64,000 bases of DNA from Aeromicrobium sp. (GTDB lineage: Bacteria > Actinomycetota > Actinomycetes > Propionibacteriales > Nocardioidaceae), in the NCBI GenBank assembly GCA_035281505.1, contig DATEDT010000114.1, positions 5,488 through 69,487 of the forward strand, read 5' to 3'. The number at the start of each line of letters is the position of its first letter. Position 1 is the first letter of the stretch. Positions 41,163-50,448 of this stretch are shown here, in pieces. The notes below the pieces were generated by a model. That model was not told the origin of the DNA, searched no databases, and was given only the letters and a program-made list of their open reading frames with translations. A program made the position numbers and the translations under genes.

Positions 41163-43886
41163 CTAGCTGGGGGTCGTGACGGTGCCGGACGTGCCGTTGA
41201 CGGTGATCTCTGTGCCGGTCTGGATCGTCGCCACCGCATTGGGGACGCCGACAACGGCCGGAATGCCGTACTCGCGGGCCACCACCGCGCCGTGCGAGTT
41301 CGCACCGCCCATCTCCATGACCAAGCCGCCGGCAGTCAGGAACAACGGCGTCCATCCCGGGTCGGTCGAGGGACAGACGAGGATCTCGCCCGGCTCGAGC
41401 TGAGCGCCGACCGGATCGAGAATGACGCGCGCCGTTGCGGTGACGGTGCCGGACGATGCCGGTGTTCCGGTGAGCGCCCCATCGACGGCACCCGACTCGG
41501 CGGTTGCCTCGGGCTCGGTGCCGTCGGACAGCAGCACCCGCGGTACGTGACGACGCCGAAGCTCCGCGGCGTAACGGTCCCGGGCCGCCTCCACGACCTG
41601 GTGCAGATCGGTTCCGTTGAGCCCGGCACGCGCTTGTGCGAAGTCGACGAAGTAGACGTCGTCGGGGTCGGCGATCCGGCCCAGGCGATGCAGGTCGACG
41701 CCCACGCGGCCGAGCTCGGCGCGAACGGCCGCCAGGATCCGGACGAAGGTGAACTTCGGGAGCTCCCGGAGACCGGCCAGCTGCCGGGCCCGGCCCAGCA
41801 GGAAGCGGACGGCACGTCCGCGCAGCCTGCCGGTACGGGCGGCCAGTGTCTCGATCATGGCCTCGGCCTCGGCCGCTCCGTCGGCGAACAAGGCATCGGG
41901 GGAGGTCTGAGTGCCCTCCGAGGTGGTCATCCGGAGGTAGTTGGCCAGGACGCCGAGCAGGTGTCGAGGCTCGTCCGACCAGCGCGGCATGCCGAGGTCG
42001 ATCTCGGCGACCGCGCGGTGGCCGTAACGGCTCAGGAAGCTCCGCAGCTCGCGTTCGGCGACCGCCGGCAGCGTCCCGTCGGCGAACTGCTGGGCGAGCG
42101 CCTCGGCGTCGTTGTTGCGGAAGGCGTCGACACAGTCCTGGTCGGAGCGCAGGCGCACGGCCAGGTGCCAGAGCTCCAGATCCATCTCGGTGGTGACGTT
42201 GTGGGGCAAACCGCGCAGGACGGCTTGCAGCTCGCCGGGCCGAGCGGCCGGTCCAAGGAGCCGGCTGGCCAGCCAGAGCGCGATGAATCCGGCGCCGGCG
42301 ACCGGAAGGATCCGGGGGGCCACAGGCGGGAACTCCTCCTGGAGGACGCGGCTGATCCAGTCCAGCCGCTGGGCGGCGGTCAACTCGGCGGGAGTCGCCA
42401 ACCGATCTTCGAGCTGGGCGCTGACCTGCTCGAGGCGGGCACGCGCCCGGGCCGGCCGGAGCAGTGCGTGAATCAGTCGTGGCGGGATGTGGACCCGCAG
42501 CGCAACGCTGCCGACGTGCCGCACGAAGGGCAGGCGGGACGGCTCGGTGACGCTCAGCCGGGGGTCGTCGAACAAAGTCCGCAGGACATTGGCCGAGCGA
42601 GCCTCCATGACGTCGAGGACCTTCGGCAGGATTGCCCGCCCCACTCGGCTGCGCACGGCCGTGGTGACGTCGATGAAGACACGGCCGCCCGACTCGGCGA
42701 ATGGTGACGGGCCGGCCAGCGGATCGGCGACCGCGAACCCGAAGAGCCTGGCTGCACCGGCCCCGACGAGCCGGAAGGCGGCGATGCCGGCCGGCGTGAA
42801 GGGCCGGAACACCCCTTGCGCGACGTTCACCGAGAAATAGACACGCAGTGGCCCGTCCGGATCGGGTGCGCCGGTCTCCCGCAAGCGGGAGGTGCCCCCA
42901 GCCTTCACGGGCAGGGGATACAGCGTGGTGACCGGTCGGGCCTGGGTGAGCCACAGAGTTCCCGCCGCGTCGATCGCCCACTCGGTGTCCTGCGGTGAGC
43001 CGAAGTGCTCTTCGACACGATGGCCGAGCCGGGCCAGCGCGATCAGTTGCTCGTCGGTGACGCAGGCAGTGTCCGACCCCGACCCCAACTCGATGTGCTC
43101 GGTGCCGCCGCCCGGCAGTGACCTGATCGCCAGGTGCTTGTCGCCAAGCCGTCGGTCGAGAATGACCTCGCGCACGGTGTCGACGACGAAGTGGTCGGGA
43201 TTGACGGCGCCGGAGACCACCGCCTCGCCCAGGCCGGGACTGGCATCGATGACCGCCTCATGCCGCCGGCCGGTGACCGGGTTGGCCGTGAAGAGGACGC
43301 CGGCCACGGCCGAATCCACCATCTGCTGGACGACGACGGCGAGTCGGACGCTTCGGTTGTCGATGCCTTGGGTGGCGCGGTAGACGACCGCGCGCTCAGT
43401 CCAGAGCGAAGCCCAGCAGCGGCGGACGGCGTCGAGGACGTCCTCGCGGCCAACGATGTTGAGGTAGGTGTCCTGCTGGCCGGCGAAACTGGCGAACGGC
43501 AGGTCTTCGGCGGTCGCCGACGAACGCACGGCGACCGGTGCGTCGGTGCCGAGTTGTGCGTACGCGATCGCGACGGCCTCTGCGATGTCCGGCGGAACGG
43601 GCATGGCAAGGACGGCGGCGCGCGCACGTTCGGCCAGGGCCGACAGCGCCGGAATGTCCGAACCGGCCGTGCGCTCGAGCTCGTCGATGATCGGCGCGAG
43701 ATCTGCTTGCGCGGTCGCCTGCCGGTATGCCTCCGTGGTCAGGCAGAAACCGGGCGGGACGGGCAGGCCGGCCCGGGACAGTTCGCCGAGGTTGCCGGCC
43801 TTGCCGCCGACCTCGGGGAGCGAGTCGCCCCGGATCTGCTCGAACCCGAGGACGAGGTCAGTCGCTTGGTGCTGCGCCCTGCTCAT
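41163..43886 (-). CDS. PEP-utilising enzyme with rifampin-phosphotransferase (RPH)-type architecture
   Basis: 907 aa. N-terminal PPDK/ATP-grasp region 'EVGGKAGNLGELSRAGLPVPPGFCLTTEAY'. The swivel-His domain 'GGANSHGAVVAREYGIPAVVG' sits at the extreme C-terminus, and no PEP/pyruvate TIM-barrel domain follows it. Confidence 0.7.
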   Translation of the reverse strand: MSRAQHQATDLVLGFEQIRGDSLPEVGGKAGNLGELSRAGLPVPPGFCLTTEAYRQATAQADLAPIIDELERTAGSDIPALSALAERARAAVLAMPVPPDIAEAVAIAYAQLGTDAPVAVRSSATAEDLPFASFAGQQDTYLNIVGREDVLDAVRRCWASLWTERAVVYRATQGIDNRSVRLAVVVQQMVDSAVAGVLFTANPVTGRRHEAVIDASPGLGEAVVSGAVNPDHFVVDTVREVILDRRLGDKHLAIRSLPGGGTEHIELGSGSDTACVTDEQLIALARLGHRVEEHFGSPQDTEWAIDAAGTLWLTQARPVTTLYPLPVKAGGTSRLRETGAPDPDGPLRVYFSVNVAQGVFRPFTPAGIAAFRLVGAGAARLFGFAVADPLAGPSPFAESGGRVFIDVTTAVRSRVGRAILPKVLDVMEARSANVLRTLFDDPRLSVTEPSRLPFVRHVGSVALRVHIPPRLIHALLRPARARARLEQVSAQLEDRLATPAELTAAQRLDWISRVLQEEFPPVAPRILPVAGAGFIALWLASRLLGPAARPGELQAVLRGLPHNVTTEMDLELWHLAVRLRSDQDCVDAFRNNDAEALAQQFADGTLPAVAERELRSFLSRYGHRAVAEIDLGMPRWSDEPRHLLGVLANYLRMTTSEGTQTSPDALFADGAAEAEAMIETLAARTGRLRGRAVRFLLGRARQLAGLRELPKFTFVRILAAVRAELGRVGVDLHRLGRIADPDDVYFVDFAQARAGLNGTDLHQVVEAARDRYAAELRRRHVPRVLLSDGTEPEATAESGAVDGALTGTPASSGTVTATARVILDPVGAQLEPGEILVCPSTDPGWTPLFLTAGGLVMEMGGANSHGAVVAREYGIPAVVGVPNAVATIQTGTEITVNGTSGTVTTPS

Positions 43887-44322
43887 CGAGCCTCCTTCGT
43901 GAGGCCTTGCCCAAGAGGGCCATTGCCTCGGACACGTGACGTTGCTCGTCCGCGGTCAGGTACGCCATCACGTCGCGTTGCGCCTGGGCCCGGACACCTT
44001 CGAACTCGCGCAGGAAAGCCCTGCCCGTGGGCGTGATGCGCACCCGCTTGGCGCGCCGGTCGGCGGCGTCTTCGGCCCGGTCGACCCAGCCGCGCTTCAC
44101 CATGTGATCGACGAGGCGACTGGTGACCGAGGTCGAACGGCCCAGCTTCTCGGCCAGTTCGCCGACCGTGGGGGTGGCCCCGATGTCGAGGACGTAGAGC
44201 GTCGCCACCTGCGGCAGGTTCGGCTCGTCGCCGCCCATGCGGCGCAGCATCCGGACGAGGAGCTCGGGAATCATCGCCCGGCGCAACTGGCCGATGTCGT
44301 CGGCGAGCCGATCGTCACTCAT
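43858..44322 (-). CDS. MarR family transcriptional regulator
   Basis: 154 aa from ATG 44322 with 'VATLYVLDIGATPTVGELAEKLGRSTSVTSRLVDHMVKRGWVDR'. 29-nt overlap with the downstream PEP-utilising gene. Confidence 0.85.
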   Translation of the reverse strand: MSDDRLADDIGQLRRAMIPELLVRMLRRMGGDEPNLPQVATLYVLDIGATPTVGELAEKLGRSTSVTSRLVDHMVKRGWVDRAEDAADRRAKRVRITPTGRAFLREFEGVRAQAQRDVMAYLTADEQRHVSEAMALLGKASRRRLDEQGAAPSD

Positions 44323-44329
44323 TGGTTCA

Positions 44330-44398
44330 CTTTCACAATGTGTGTGGAAAAGCAACTAATGGGAATGAGCGTACCCCCGGCGTATTGCCGGGTGTCAA
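44330..44398 (-). promoter_or_regulatory. Candidate marR promoter/operator region
   Basis: On the minus strand: TTGACA (44393-44398), a 19-nt spacer containing CCCGGC/GCCGGG, then TACGCT (44368-44373). This is followed by an AT-richer imperfect inverted repeat 'cttttccacacacattgtgaaag' (44330-44352) abutting the start codon. Confidence 0.3.
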
Positions 44399-44401
44399 GG
44401 C

Positions 44402-45151
44402 CTACCGGCTGCCCGCGCGAGACGTGGCGGGGTGAACGGCCGGGCCGGCGGAAGCCTCGAACGCCCGGCAGTGCCGCGTGAGCTCGGCGTAGCCCGCCGC
44501 GCCCATCAGCGCGACGAGCTCGGGGCGTTGGCTCACGTACACCGGTTCGGCTCCGACGTGTGCGTCGGTGTTGGACGTGCAGTACCAGTCGAAGTCGTGT
44601 CCGCCCGGGCCCCAGCCCGCCCGCACGTACTCGCCGATCTCGACCTCGGTGTACTCGTTGCCGTCGCCGGGGTCGACGTTGGTGAACCTGCGCCGGATCG
44701 GGAGCTGCCAGCAGACGTCGGGCTTCAGGGTCAGCGGGTCGACACCTTCGGCCAGCGCCAAGCCGTGCAGGGCGCATCCGTATCCGCCGGCAAAGTCGCG
44801 GGAGTTGTGGAATATGCAGGCTCCGTCGACGGTGCGCGTCTTGAGTTCACCCTCGGCGTCGGTTTCGGTCCATGCGTCGACTCCGACCTCGTACTTCTCC
44901 CAGGCCTTCTCGGTCAGACGTCCGACCGCGGCGGCCACCCGGTCGTGGTCGCCGTCGTCGGCGAAGTGTGCCCCGTGGGCGCAGCAGCCGGCATCGGGCG
45001 CGCTCTCGTAAACGCCCGGGCAGCCGGCCCCGAAGATGCACGTCCAGCGCGATGTCAGCCAGGTGAGGTCGCAGCGGAAAACCTCGGTCGCGTCGTCCGG
45101 ATTCGGGAAGCTCACCCACGCCCGCGGGAATCCGAGATCGACTTCAGGCAT
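44402..45151 (-). CDS. Conserved Cys-rich hypothetical protein (Rv0495c-like position)
   Basis: 249 aa with coding-like composition and Cys/His clusters '[11 protein letters not shown]', '[10 protein letters not shown]' and 'GACIFHN...GYGCALH'. Confidence 0.55.
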   Translation of the reverse strand: MPEVDLGFPRAWVSFPNPDDATEVFRCDLTWLTSRWTCIFGAGCPGVYESAPDAGCCAHGAHFADDGDHDRVAAAVGRLTEKAWEKYEVGVDAWTETDAEGELKTRTVDGACIFHNSRDFAGGYGCALHGLALAEGVDPLTLKPDVCWQLPIRRRFTNVDPGDGNEYTEVEIGEYVRAGWGPGGHDFDWYCTSNTDAHVGAEPVYVSQRPELVALMGAAGYAELTRHCRAFEASAGPAVHPATSRAGSR

Positions 45152-45188
45152 TCATCCAGCGTACGTGGACTGGTGGGAGGATGACGGC

Positions 45189-46100
45189 ATGCGCATGGGC
45201 GTACTCGACATCGGGTCGAACACCGGTCACCTCCTGGTCGTCGACGCCTACCGTGGCGGCCCGCCGGTGCCGGCGCACTCGTTCAAGGAGACGCTCCGGT
45301 TGTCCGAGCACCTGGACGCTTCCGGCGCCGTCTCCGACGAGGGCGTTCAGCGGCTCGTCAAGTACGTCCGCGAGGCGCGTGCACAGGCTGAGGATCAGGG
45401 CTGTTCGACTGTCCTGGCCTTCGCCACTTCGGCGGTGCGCGATGCCGTCAACTCCGACGAGGTGCTCGAGGCGGTGCGTGATGCCACCGGCCTGGTCATC
45501 GACGTCCTGCCCGGCGAGGACGAGGCTCGGCTCACCTTCCTTGCGGTGCGGCGCTGGTTCGGTTGGTCGTCCGGCCGGCTCGGCGTCTTCGACATCGGCG
45601 GCGGGTCGCTTGAGCTGGCGGTCGGATCCGACGAGGTACCCACCGTCGCCAGCTCGCTGCCGCTGGGTGCGGGCCGGTTGACCCGGGACTGGCTGGCGGC
45701 CGGCCGGGGCCACGACGAGCTGCGTCGGCACGTGCGTGCCCAGATCGCCGACGTGGCAGGAGCCATCCTGCGCGGCGGCCCGTTCGACCGGGCCGTGGCC
45801 ACCAGCAAGACCTTCCGTGCGCTGGCTCGCATCTGTGGTGCTGCGCCCTACGAGGAGGGGCCCTACGTCCGTCGCACCTTGAATCGGGCCGATCTGGTCA
45901 CGGCTGTGAGTCAGTTGGCAGCGCTGGGCGACGACGAGATCGCCACGCTCCCCGGCGTCTCGCCGGATCGTGCGCACCAGATGCGTGCCGGTGCAGTCGT
46001 CGCCGAGGCCACGATGGACCTGTTCGACCTCGATGAGCTCGAGATCTGTCCGTGGGCGCTGCGTGAGGGTGTGCTCCTGCGTCACATGGACCACCTGTAG
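45189..46100 (+). CDS. Ppx/GppA family phosphatase
   Basis: 303 aa from ATG 45189 with '[17 protein letters not shown]' and '[11 protein letters not shown]'. Confidence 0.85.
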   Translation: MRMGVLDIGSNTGHLLVVDAYRGGPPVPAHSFKETLRLSEHLDASGAVSDEGVQRLVKYVREARAQAEDQGCSTVLAFATSAVRDAVNSDEVLEAVRDATGLVIDVLPGEDEARLTFLAVRRWFGWSSGRLGVFDIGGGSLELAVGSDEVPTVASSLPLGAGRLTRDWLAAGRGHDELRRHVRAQIADVAGAILRGGPFDRAVATSKTFRALARICGAAPYEEGPYVRRTLNRADLVTAVSQLAALGDDEIATLPGVSPDRAHQMRAGAVVAEATMDLFDLDELEICPWALREGVLLRHMDHL

Positions 46101-46112
46101 AGGCCTACGCTG

Positions 46113-46958
46113 ATGAGCGTGCCCCCTGAATCCGACTCCGGAAGGCTCCCTGACCTGCGGGTGAGCCTCTCGACGTCGTCTGTCTACCCGGGATCGACCG
46201 CCAGTGGATTCGAGACCGCGGCCCGTCTCGGTTTCGACGGGGTCGAGGTCATGGTGAGCATCGACGAGGTGAGTGGTGACGTCGATGCCGTGCGTGCGCT
46301 GAGCGACTTCCACGAGATCCCCGTCCTCTCGGTGCACGCCCCCTGCCTGTTGGTCACGCAGCACGTGTGGGGGACGGAGCCGTGGGGCAAGCTGCACCGC
46401 AGCGCCGAGATGGCCCTGGAGTTGGACGCCGACGTCGTCGTCGTGCACCCACCCTTCCGGTGGCAGCGCGAGTACGCCCGGGCTTTCGTCGACGGGATCG
46501 CCGACCTCGAGCGGCAGTACTCACTGACCTTCGCGGTCGAGAACATGTATCCGTGGCGCACCGGCCGGCGTGAGTTCCAGGCCTACGCGCCTGGTTGGGA
46601 TCCGCGCCGCGAGGACTACGCCCACGTCACCGTCGATGTGTCACACAGCGCGACGGCCGGCTCCGACGTCCTGGTCATGGCGCGCGATCTGGGTTCGCGG
46701 CTGGCACACATTCACCTGACCGACGGGTCCGGCTCGCCACGCGACGAGCACCTCGTGCCGGGCCGCGGGACCCAACCGACGCGCGCCTTTCTCGAGTACG
46801 TCGCGCAGTCGGATTTCACCGGCGAGATCGTGGTCGAGATCAGTACCCGTCGCGCCCCCACCCAGCAGGCGCGTGAGGACGACCTCATCGAGTCGCTCCT
46901 GTTCGCCCGCCGCCATGCGGCCCGCCCGAATCCAGCCGCGAGAGCCGAGTCGCGATGA
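46113..46958 (+). CDS. Sugar phosphate isomerase/epimerase (xylose-isomerase-like TIM barrel)
   Basis: 281 aa with 'GFDGVEV', 'VVVVHPP', 'FAVENM' and 'HIHLTDG'. Confidence 0.75.
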   Translation: MSVPPESDSGRLPDLRVSLSTSSVYPGSTASGFETAARLGFDGVEVMVSIDEVSGDVDAVRALSDFHEIPVLSVHAPCLLVTQHVWGTEPWGKLHRSAEMALELDADVVVVHPPFRWQREYARAFVDGIADLERQYSLTFAVENMYPWRTGRREFQAYAPGWDPRREDYAHVTVDVSHSATAGSDVLVMARDLGSRLAHIHLTDGSGSPRDEHLVPGRGTQPTRAFLEYVAQSDFTGEIVVEISTRRAPTQQAREDDLIESLLFARRHAARPNPAARAESR

Positions 46959-47889
46959 TTCCACCGGTGATGATCTGCAGCTGGTGGTAGATCATCAGCG
47001 GCAGCACGATCAAGGCGACATCGTCTGCCGCGAACAGGACTGCCGCCATGGGAAGGCCCGTGGCCAGGCTCTTGTTCGAGCCGCAGAAGAGCAGGGCGAT
47101 GCCCGCCGGCCGGGAGAGTCCGATGAGCCGGGCGAGGCCGACCAGCCAACCGCACGCGGCCGCCAACAGCGCCAGGCACAGTGCCGCGATGACGACGATG
47201 GAGCTGATGGAGACGCGCGACCAGACCCCGGCTGTGGTGCCGGCGGCAAAGGCCAGGAACACGACGAGCAGGATGCTGGACCGGTCCACGTGCTTCAGCC
47301 AGTTGTCGTTGCGCGTCACCCACCCACCGAGCACCGGTCGCGCGATCTGCCCCAGCACGAACGGCAACAGGAACTGCACGATGATCCGGACCACCGAACG
47401 GGTGCTCACCTCGGCGTTGGCCGAGAGCGCGAGGGCGACGAGGGCCGGCGTCAGGAAGACGCCGATGAGGTTGGACAGCGATGCGGCAACCACGGCGGCC
47501 GCCGTGTCGCCACCGGCCATGCGGGTGAAGACGACGTTGGACTGCACGGTGCTGGGAACGAGGCACAGCAGGACGAATCCGGCCGCGAGTCCGGCGCCGA
47601 CAGCTGGCTCGATTACCTCGCGTAGGGCCACTCCGACCAGCGGAAACACGGCGAAGGTCGTGGTGAGGATCGCGATGTGCAGTTTCCAGTTCGTGAGCCC
47701 GGCCACCGTCTCGGCCGTCGACAGGCGCACGCCGTAGAGGAAGAACAGCAGCCCGATCGAGACCATCGAGACCACCCGCAACAGGCGGTAGGCCTCGCCG
47801 GTGACCGGAAAGAAGGCGCCCAACGCCGCGACGGCCAGAAGCGCCACGACGAATGTGTCGAAACGGATCGAGACGGGGCGAGCAGCCAC
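46885..47889 (-). CDS. Bile acid:sodium symporter (BASS) family transporter
   Basis: About 10 TM segments. GTG 47889 was chosen because ATG 47919 would overlap the divergent proC start by 13 nt (uncertain). 74-nt convergent overlap with the isomerase gene. Confidence 0.7.
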   Translation of the reverse strand: MAARPVSIRFDTFVVALLAVAALGAFFPVTGEAYRLLRVVSMVSIGLLFFLYGVRLSTAETVAGLTNWKLHIAILTTTFAVFPLVGVALREVIEPAVGAGLAAGFVLLCLVPSTVQSNVVFTRMAGGDTAAAVVAASLSNLIGVFLTPALVALALSANAEVSTRSVVRIIVQFLLPFVLGQIARPVLGGWVTRNDNWLKHVDRSSILLVVFLAFAAGTTAGVWSRVSISSIVVIAALCLALLAAACGWLVGLARLIGLSRPAGIALLFCGSNKSLATGLPMAAVLFAADDVALIVLPLMIYHQLQIITGGIIATRLSRLDSGGPHGGGRTGATR

Positions 47890-47906
47890 CGCACTAGTGT
47901 GAAGCC

Positions 47907-48722
47907 ATGGCTGAGTCATCGGTGGGCCGAATCGCCATTCTCGGTGGCGGGGTCATGGGCGAGACGCTGTTGACGACGCTGGTTGCCGCCGGCCAGGAGC
48001 CGAGCAACATCGTGGTCGCAGAGAAGAGCGTCGAGCGCGCGGCCGCCCTCAGGGAGGCCCACGGCGTTGAGGTGACCGACAGTCGCGCGGCAGTCAGCGA
48101 TGCCGACCTCGTGCTCATCGTGGTCAAACCGCAGGACGTCGCGGACCTGCTGGCCGACGTTGCCGACGCCGTCCGGCCCGGCGCGATCCTGGCCTCCTTC
48201 GCCGCAGGAGTGCGCACCGATCGAATCGAGGCGGCGGTGGCAGCCGGGACGCCGGTCGTCCGGATCATGCCCAACACTCCGGCCGTCGTCGGCGAGGGGA
48301 TGTTCGGCGCATCTCCCGGTGTCGCCTGTACCGAGGAGCACATCGCACTCCTGGGCCGCCTGCTGGCAGCCGGCGGACGATTCGTCGTCGTGGACGAGAA
48401 GCTCCAGGACGCCCTGACCGCGGTGTCCGGCTCCGGTCCCGCCTATGTCTTCTACCTCGCCGAGGCGATGATCGCCGGCGGAATCGAGGCCGGCCTCGAC
48501 GCCACCACGGCGCGCGAGCTGACCAACCAGACGATCGTCGGGGCGGCCAAGCTCCTGTCCGAGTCTGACGAGGACGCCGCCGAACTGCGTCGCCGCGTCA
48601 CCTCGCCCAATGGCACCACGGCCGCCGCCATCGCGGTGTTCGACGATCGTGAGGTCAAGGGGGCCATCGCCGAGGGCATCGTGGCCGCCGCCCAGCGGTC
48701 GGCGGAGCTGTCTGGCGGATGA
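47907..48722 (+). CDS. proC: Pyrroline-5-carboxylate reductase
   Basis: 271 aa with 'IAILGGGVMGE', 'MPNTPAVVGEG' and 'VTSPNGTT'. Confidence 0.9.
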   Translation: MAESSVGRIAILGGGVMGETLLTTLVAAGQEPSNIVVAEKSVERAAALREAHGVEVTDSRAAVSDADLVLIVVKPQDVADLLADVADAVRPGAILASFAAGVRTDRIEAAVAAGTPVVRIMPNTPAVVGEGMFGASPGVACTEEHIALLGRLLAAGGRFVVVDEKLQDALTAVSGSGPAYVFYLAEAMIAGGIEAGLDATTARELTNQTIVGAAKLLSESDEDAAELRRRVTSPNGTTAAAIAVFDDREVKGAIAEGIVAAAQRSAELSGG

Positions 48723-49894
48723 CGGCGCACCCGACTCTGGTCTGGTCCGATGCCCTGACCGACTACAACCTCGGGCCGAGTCACCCGCTGGCACCCATCC
48801 GGGTCGAACTCGCGATCGCCCTCGCCCGGGAGCTGGGAGTCCTGGATCGTTTCGACATCGTCGAGCCGCAGCCGCTGACAGTTGACGAGTTGGCCACCGT
48901 GCACACCCGGCACTACATCGCCGGCGTGCAGGAGCTCAGCGAGTTCCCGTACGAATCAGATCCGGCACTCGGGCTCGGCACGGGTGACAACCCGGTCGTC
49001 TACGGCATGCACGATGCCAGCGCCCTCGTCGCCGGCGCTACCGTCGAGGCAGCGCGACGGGTCTGGACGGGCGCGACCGACCGGGCCGCCAACATCGCCG
49101 GCGGACTCCACCACGCCATGCCGAACCGGGCCAGTGGCTTCTGCGTCTACAACGACCCGGCCCTGGCCATTCGGTGGATGCTGGACCACGGCGCGGAGCG
49201 GGTCGCGTACGTCGACGTGGACGCCCACCACGGTGACGGTGTCCAGGCGATCTTCTGCGACGACCCGCGGGTGCTGACCGTCTCGATCCACGAAGGCCCA
49301 CGGACGCTGTTTCCCGGGACCGGCTTCTCCGACGAGGTCGGGGGACCGGGCGCCGAAGGCACCGCTGTGAACATCCCTCTGCCCCCGGGCACGACGGACG
49401 CGGGCTGGCTGCGCGCCTTTCACGCGATCGTGCCGGCCGTCGTCGAGGCGTTCCAGCCGGAGATCCTGATCAGCCAGCACGGGTGCGATTCGCACGCCGA
49501 TGACCCGTTGACGAACCTCGAGCTCACCATCGACGGCCAACGAGCGTCCTATCTCGCCGTCGAGCAGCTGGCTGAGGAATTCGCCGGTGGACGCTGGATC
49601 GCCACCGGCGGTGGCGGATACGCGCTGTACAGCGTCGTCCCGCGCGTCTGGACGCACCTGCTCGCCATCATCTCCGGCCGGCCACTCGATCCGCTCACAG
49701 CGACGCCGCCCAACTGGCGAGAAACGGTCGCTCGGGTGTCGGGCCGGCCGGCCGAGATCTCGATGACCGATGGCGGGTCCGCCGACTTCGCGCCATGGCA
49801 GCCGGGGAGCACCGCAGACAACGCTGTCGACACGGCGATTCAGGCCACTCGTGACGCCGTGTTCCCGTTTCACGGGCTGGATCCAAACGGCTGA
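48719..49894 (+). CDS. Histone-deacetylase-family protein (AcuC-like)
   Basis: 391 aa with 'GGLHHAMPNRASGFCVYND' and 'YVDVDAHHGDG'. ATGA overlap with proC. Confidence 0.85.
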   Translation: MTAHPTLVWSDALTDYNLGPSHPLAPIRVELAIALARELGVLDRFDIVEPQPLTVDELATVHTRHYIAGVQELSEFPYESDPALGLGTGDNPVVYGMHDASALVAGATVEAARRVWTGATDRAANIAGGLHHAMPNRASGFCVYNDPALAIRWMLDHGAERVAYVDVDAHHGDGVQAIFCDDPRVLTVSIHEGPRTLFPGTGFSDEVGGPGAEGTAVNIPLPPGTTDAGWLRAFHAIVPAVVEAFQPEILISQHGCDSHADDPLTNLELTIDGQRASYLAVEQLAEEFAGGRWIATGGGGYALYSVVPRVWTHLLAIISGRPLDPLTATPPNWRETVARVSGRPAEISMTDGGSADFAPWQPGSTADNAVDTAIQATRDAVFPFHGLDPNG

Positions 49895-49986
49895 AAACGT
49901 GTCGAACGTGCCGGAAAGGTCATCTGGAGGAATTTTTCGTACTCCTACCCCACTGGCGTCACAAGGGACTACTCTCGTCCCAAGCA

Positions 49987-50026
49987 CGCGCGCCATCTCT
50001 CCGGTGGGGAAGCCGGAGAGCGCGCG
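49987..50026 (+). other. Strong stem-loop in the leader of the excisionase-type HTH gene
   Basis: CTCTCCGG (49997-50004) pairs with CCGGAGAG (50013-50020). The stem is extended by CGCGCG (49987-49992) pairing with CGCGCG (50021-50026) across a 4-nt bulge. It lies 28 nt upstream of ATG 50054. Confidence 0.4.
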
Positions 50027-50053
50027 TGCCCCTGAAGGGGAAAGGTGACGGCC

Positions 50054-50239
50054 ATGGCAACGGGACCGAACTTTTTGACGGTCGCCGAAGTTGCGGCACA
50101 GATGCGTGTCTCGAAGATGACTGTCTACCGCCTCGTGCATGCCGGGGATCTCGAGGCTGTACGCGTCGGACGCTCGTTCCGCGTACCGGAGAAGGCCGTG
50201 GAGGAGTACCTCGGCCGCTCCTACTTCCAGGCTGGCTGA
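50054..50239 (+). CDS. Excisionase-family (MerR-like) small DNA-binding protein, BldC/BdtA/Rv0500A-like
   Basis: 61 aa from ATG 50054, with a GGAAAGG SD 9 nt upstream. GTG 50045 is the alternative start. Motif 'LTVAEVAAQMRVSKMTVYRLVHAGDLEAVRVGRSFRV'. Confidence 0.8.
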   Translation: MATGPNFLTVAEVAAQMRVSKMTVYRLVHAGDLEAVRVGRSFRVPEKAVEEYLGRSYFQAG

Positions 50240-50343
50240 GCGCCGCAACGCCGAGATCAGACACACGCTGGGCCAATTGGCGGCCCAGTGAGGAAACCCC
50301 GTAGGCTGGGGCCCTCATTCAGCGAGTCTCAGAGGGTCAAACC

Positions 50344-50445
50344 GTGGGTTCAGTCGTCAAGAAGCGTCGCAAGCGGATGTCGAAGAAGAAGCACCGCAAG
50401 ATGCTGAAGCGCACGCGCGTCCAGCGCCGCAAACTGGGCAAGTAG
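50344..50445 (+). CDS. 30S ribosomal protein bS22 (33 aa; too short for the ORF track)
   Basis: GTG 50344 preceded by AGAGGG. The translation [33 protein letters not shown] is nearly identical to the mycobacterial Rv0500B/bS22 sequence as I remember it. Stop is TAG 50443-50445, 3 nt before the next ATG. Confidence 0.8.
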   Translation: MGSVVKKRRKRMSKKKHRKMLKRTRVQRRKLGK

Positions 50446-50448
50446 GCC

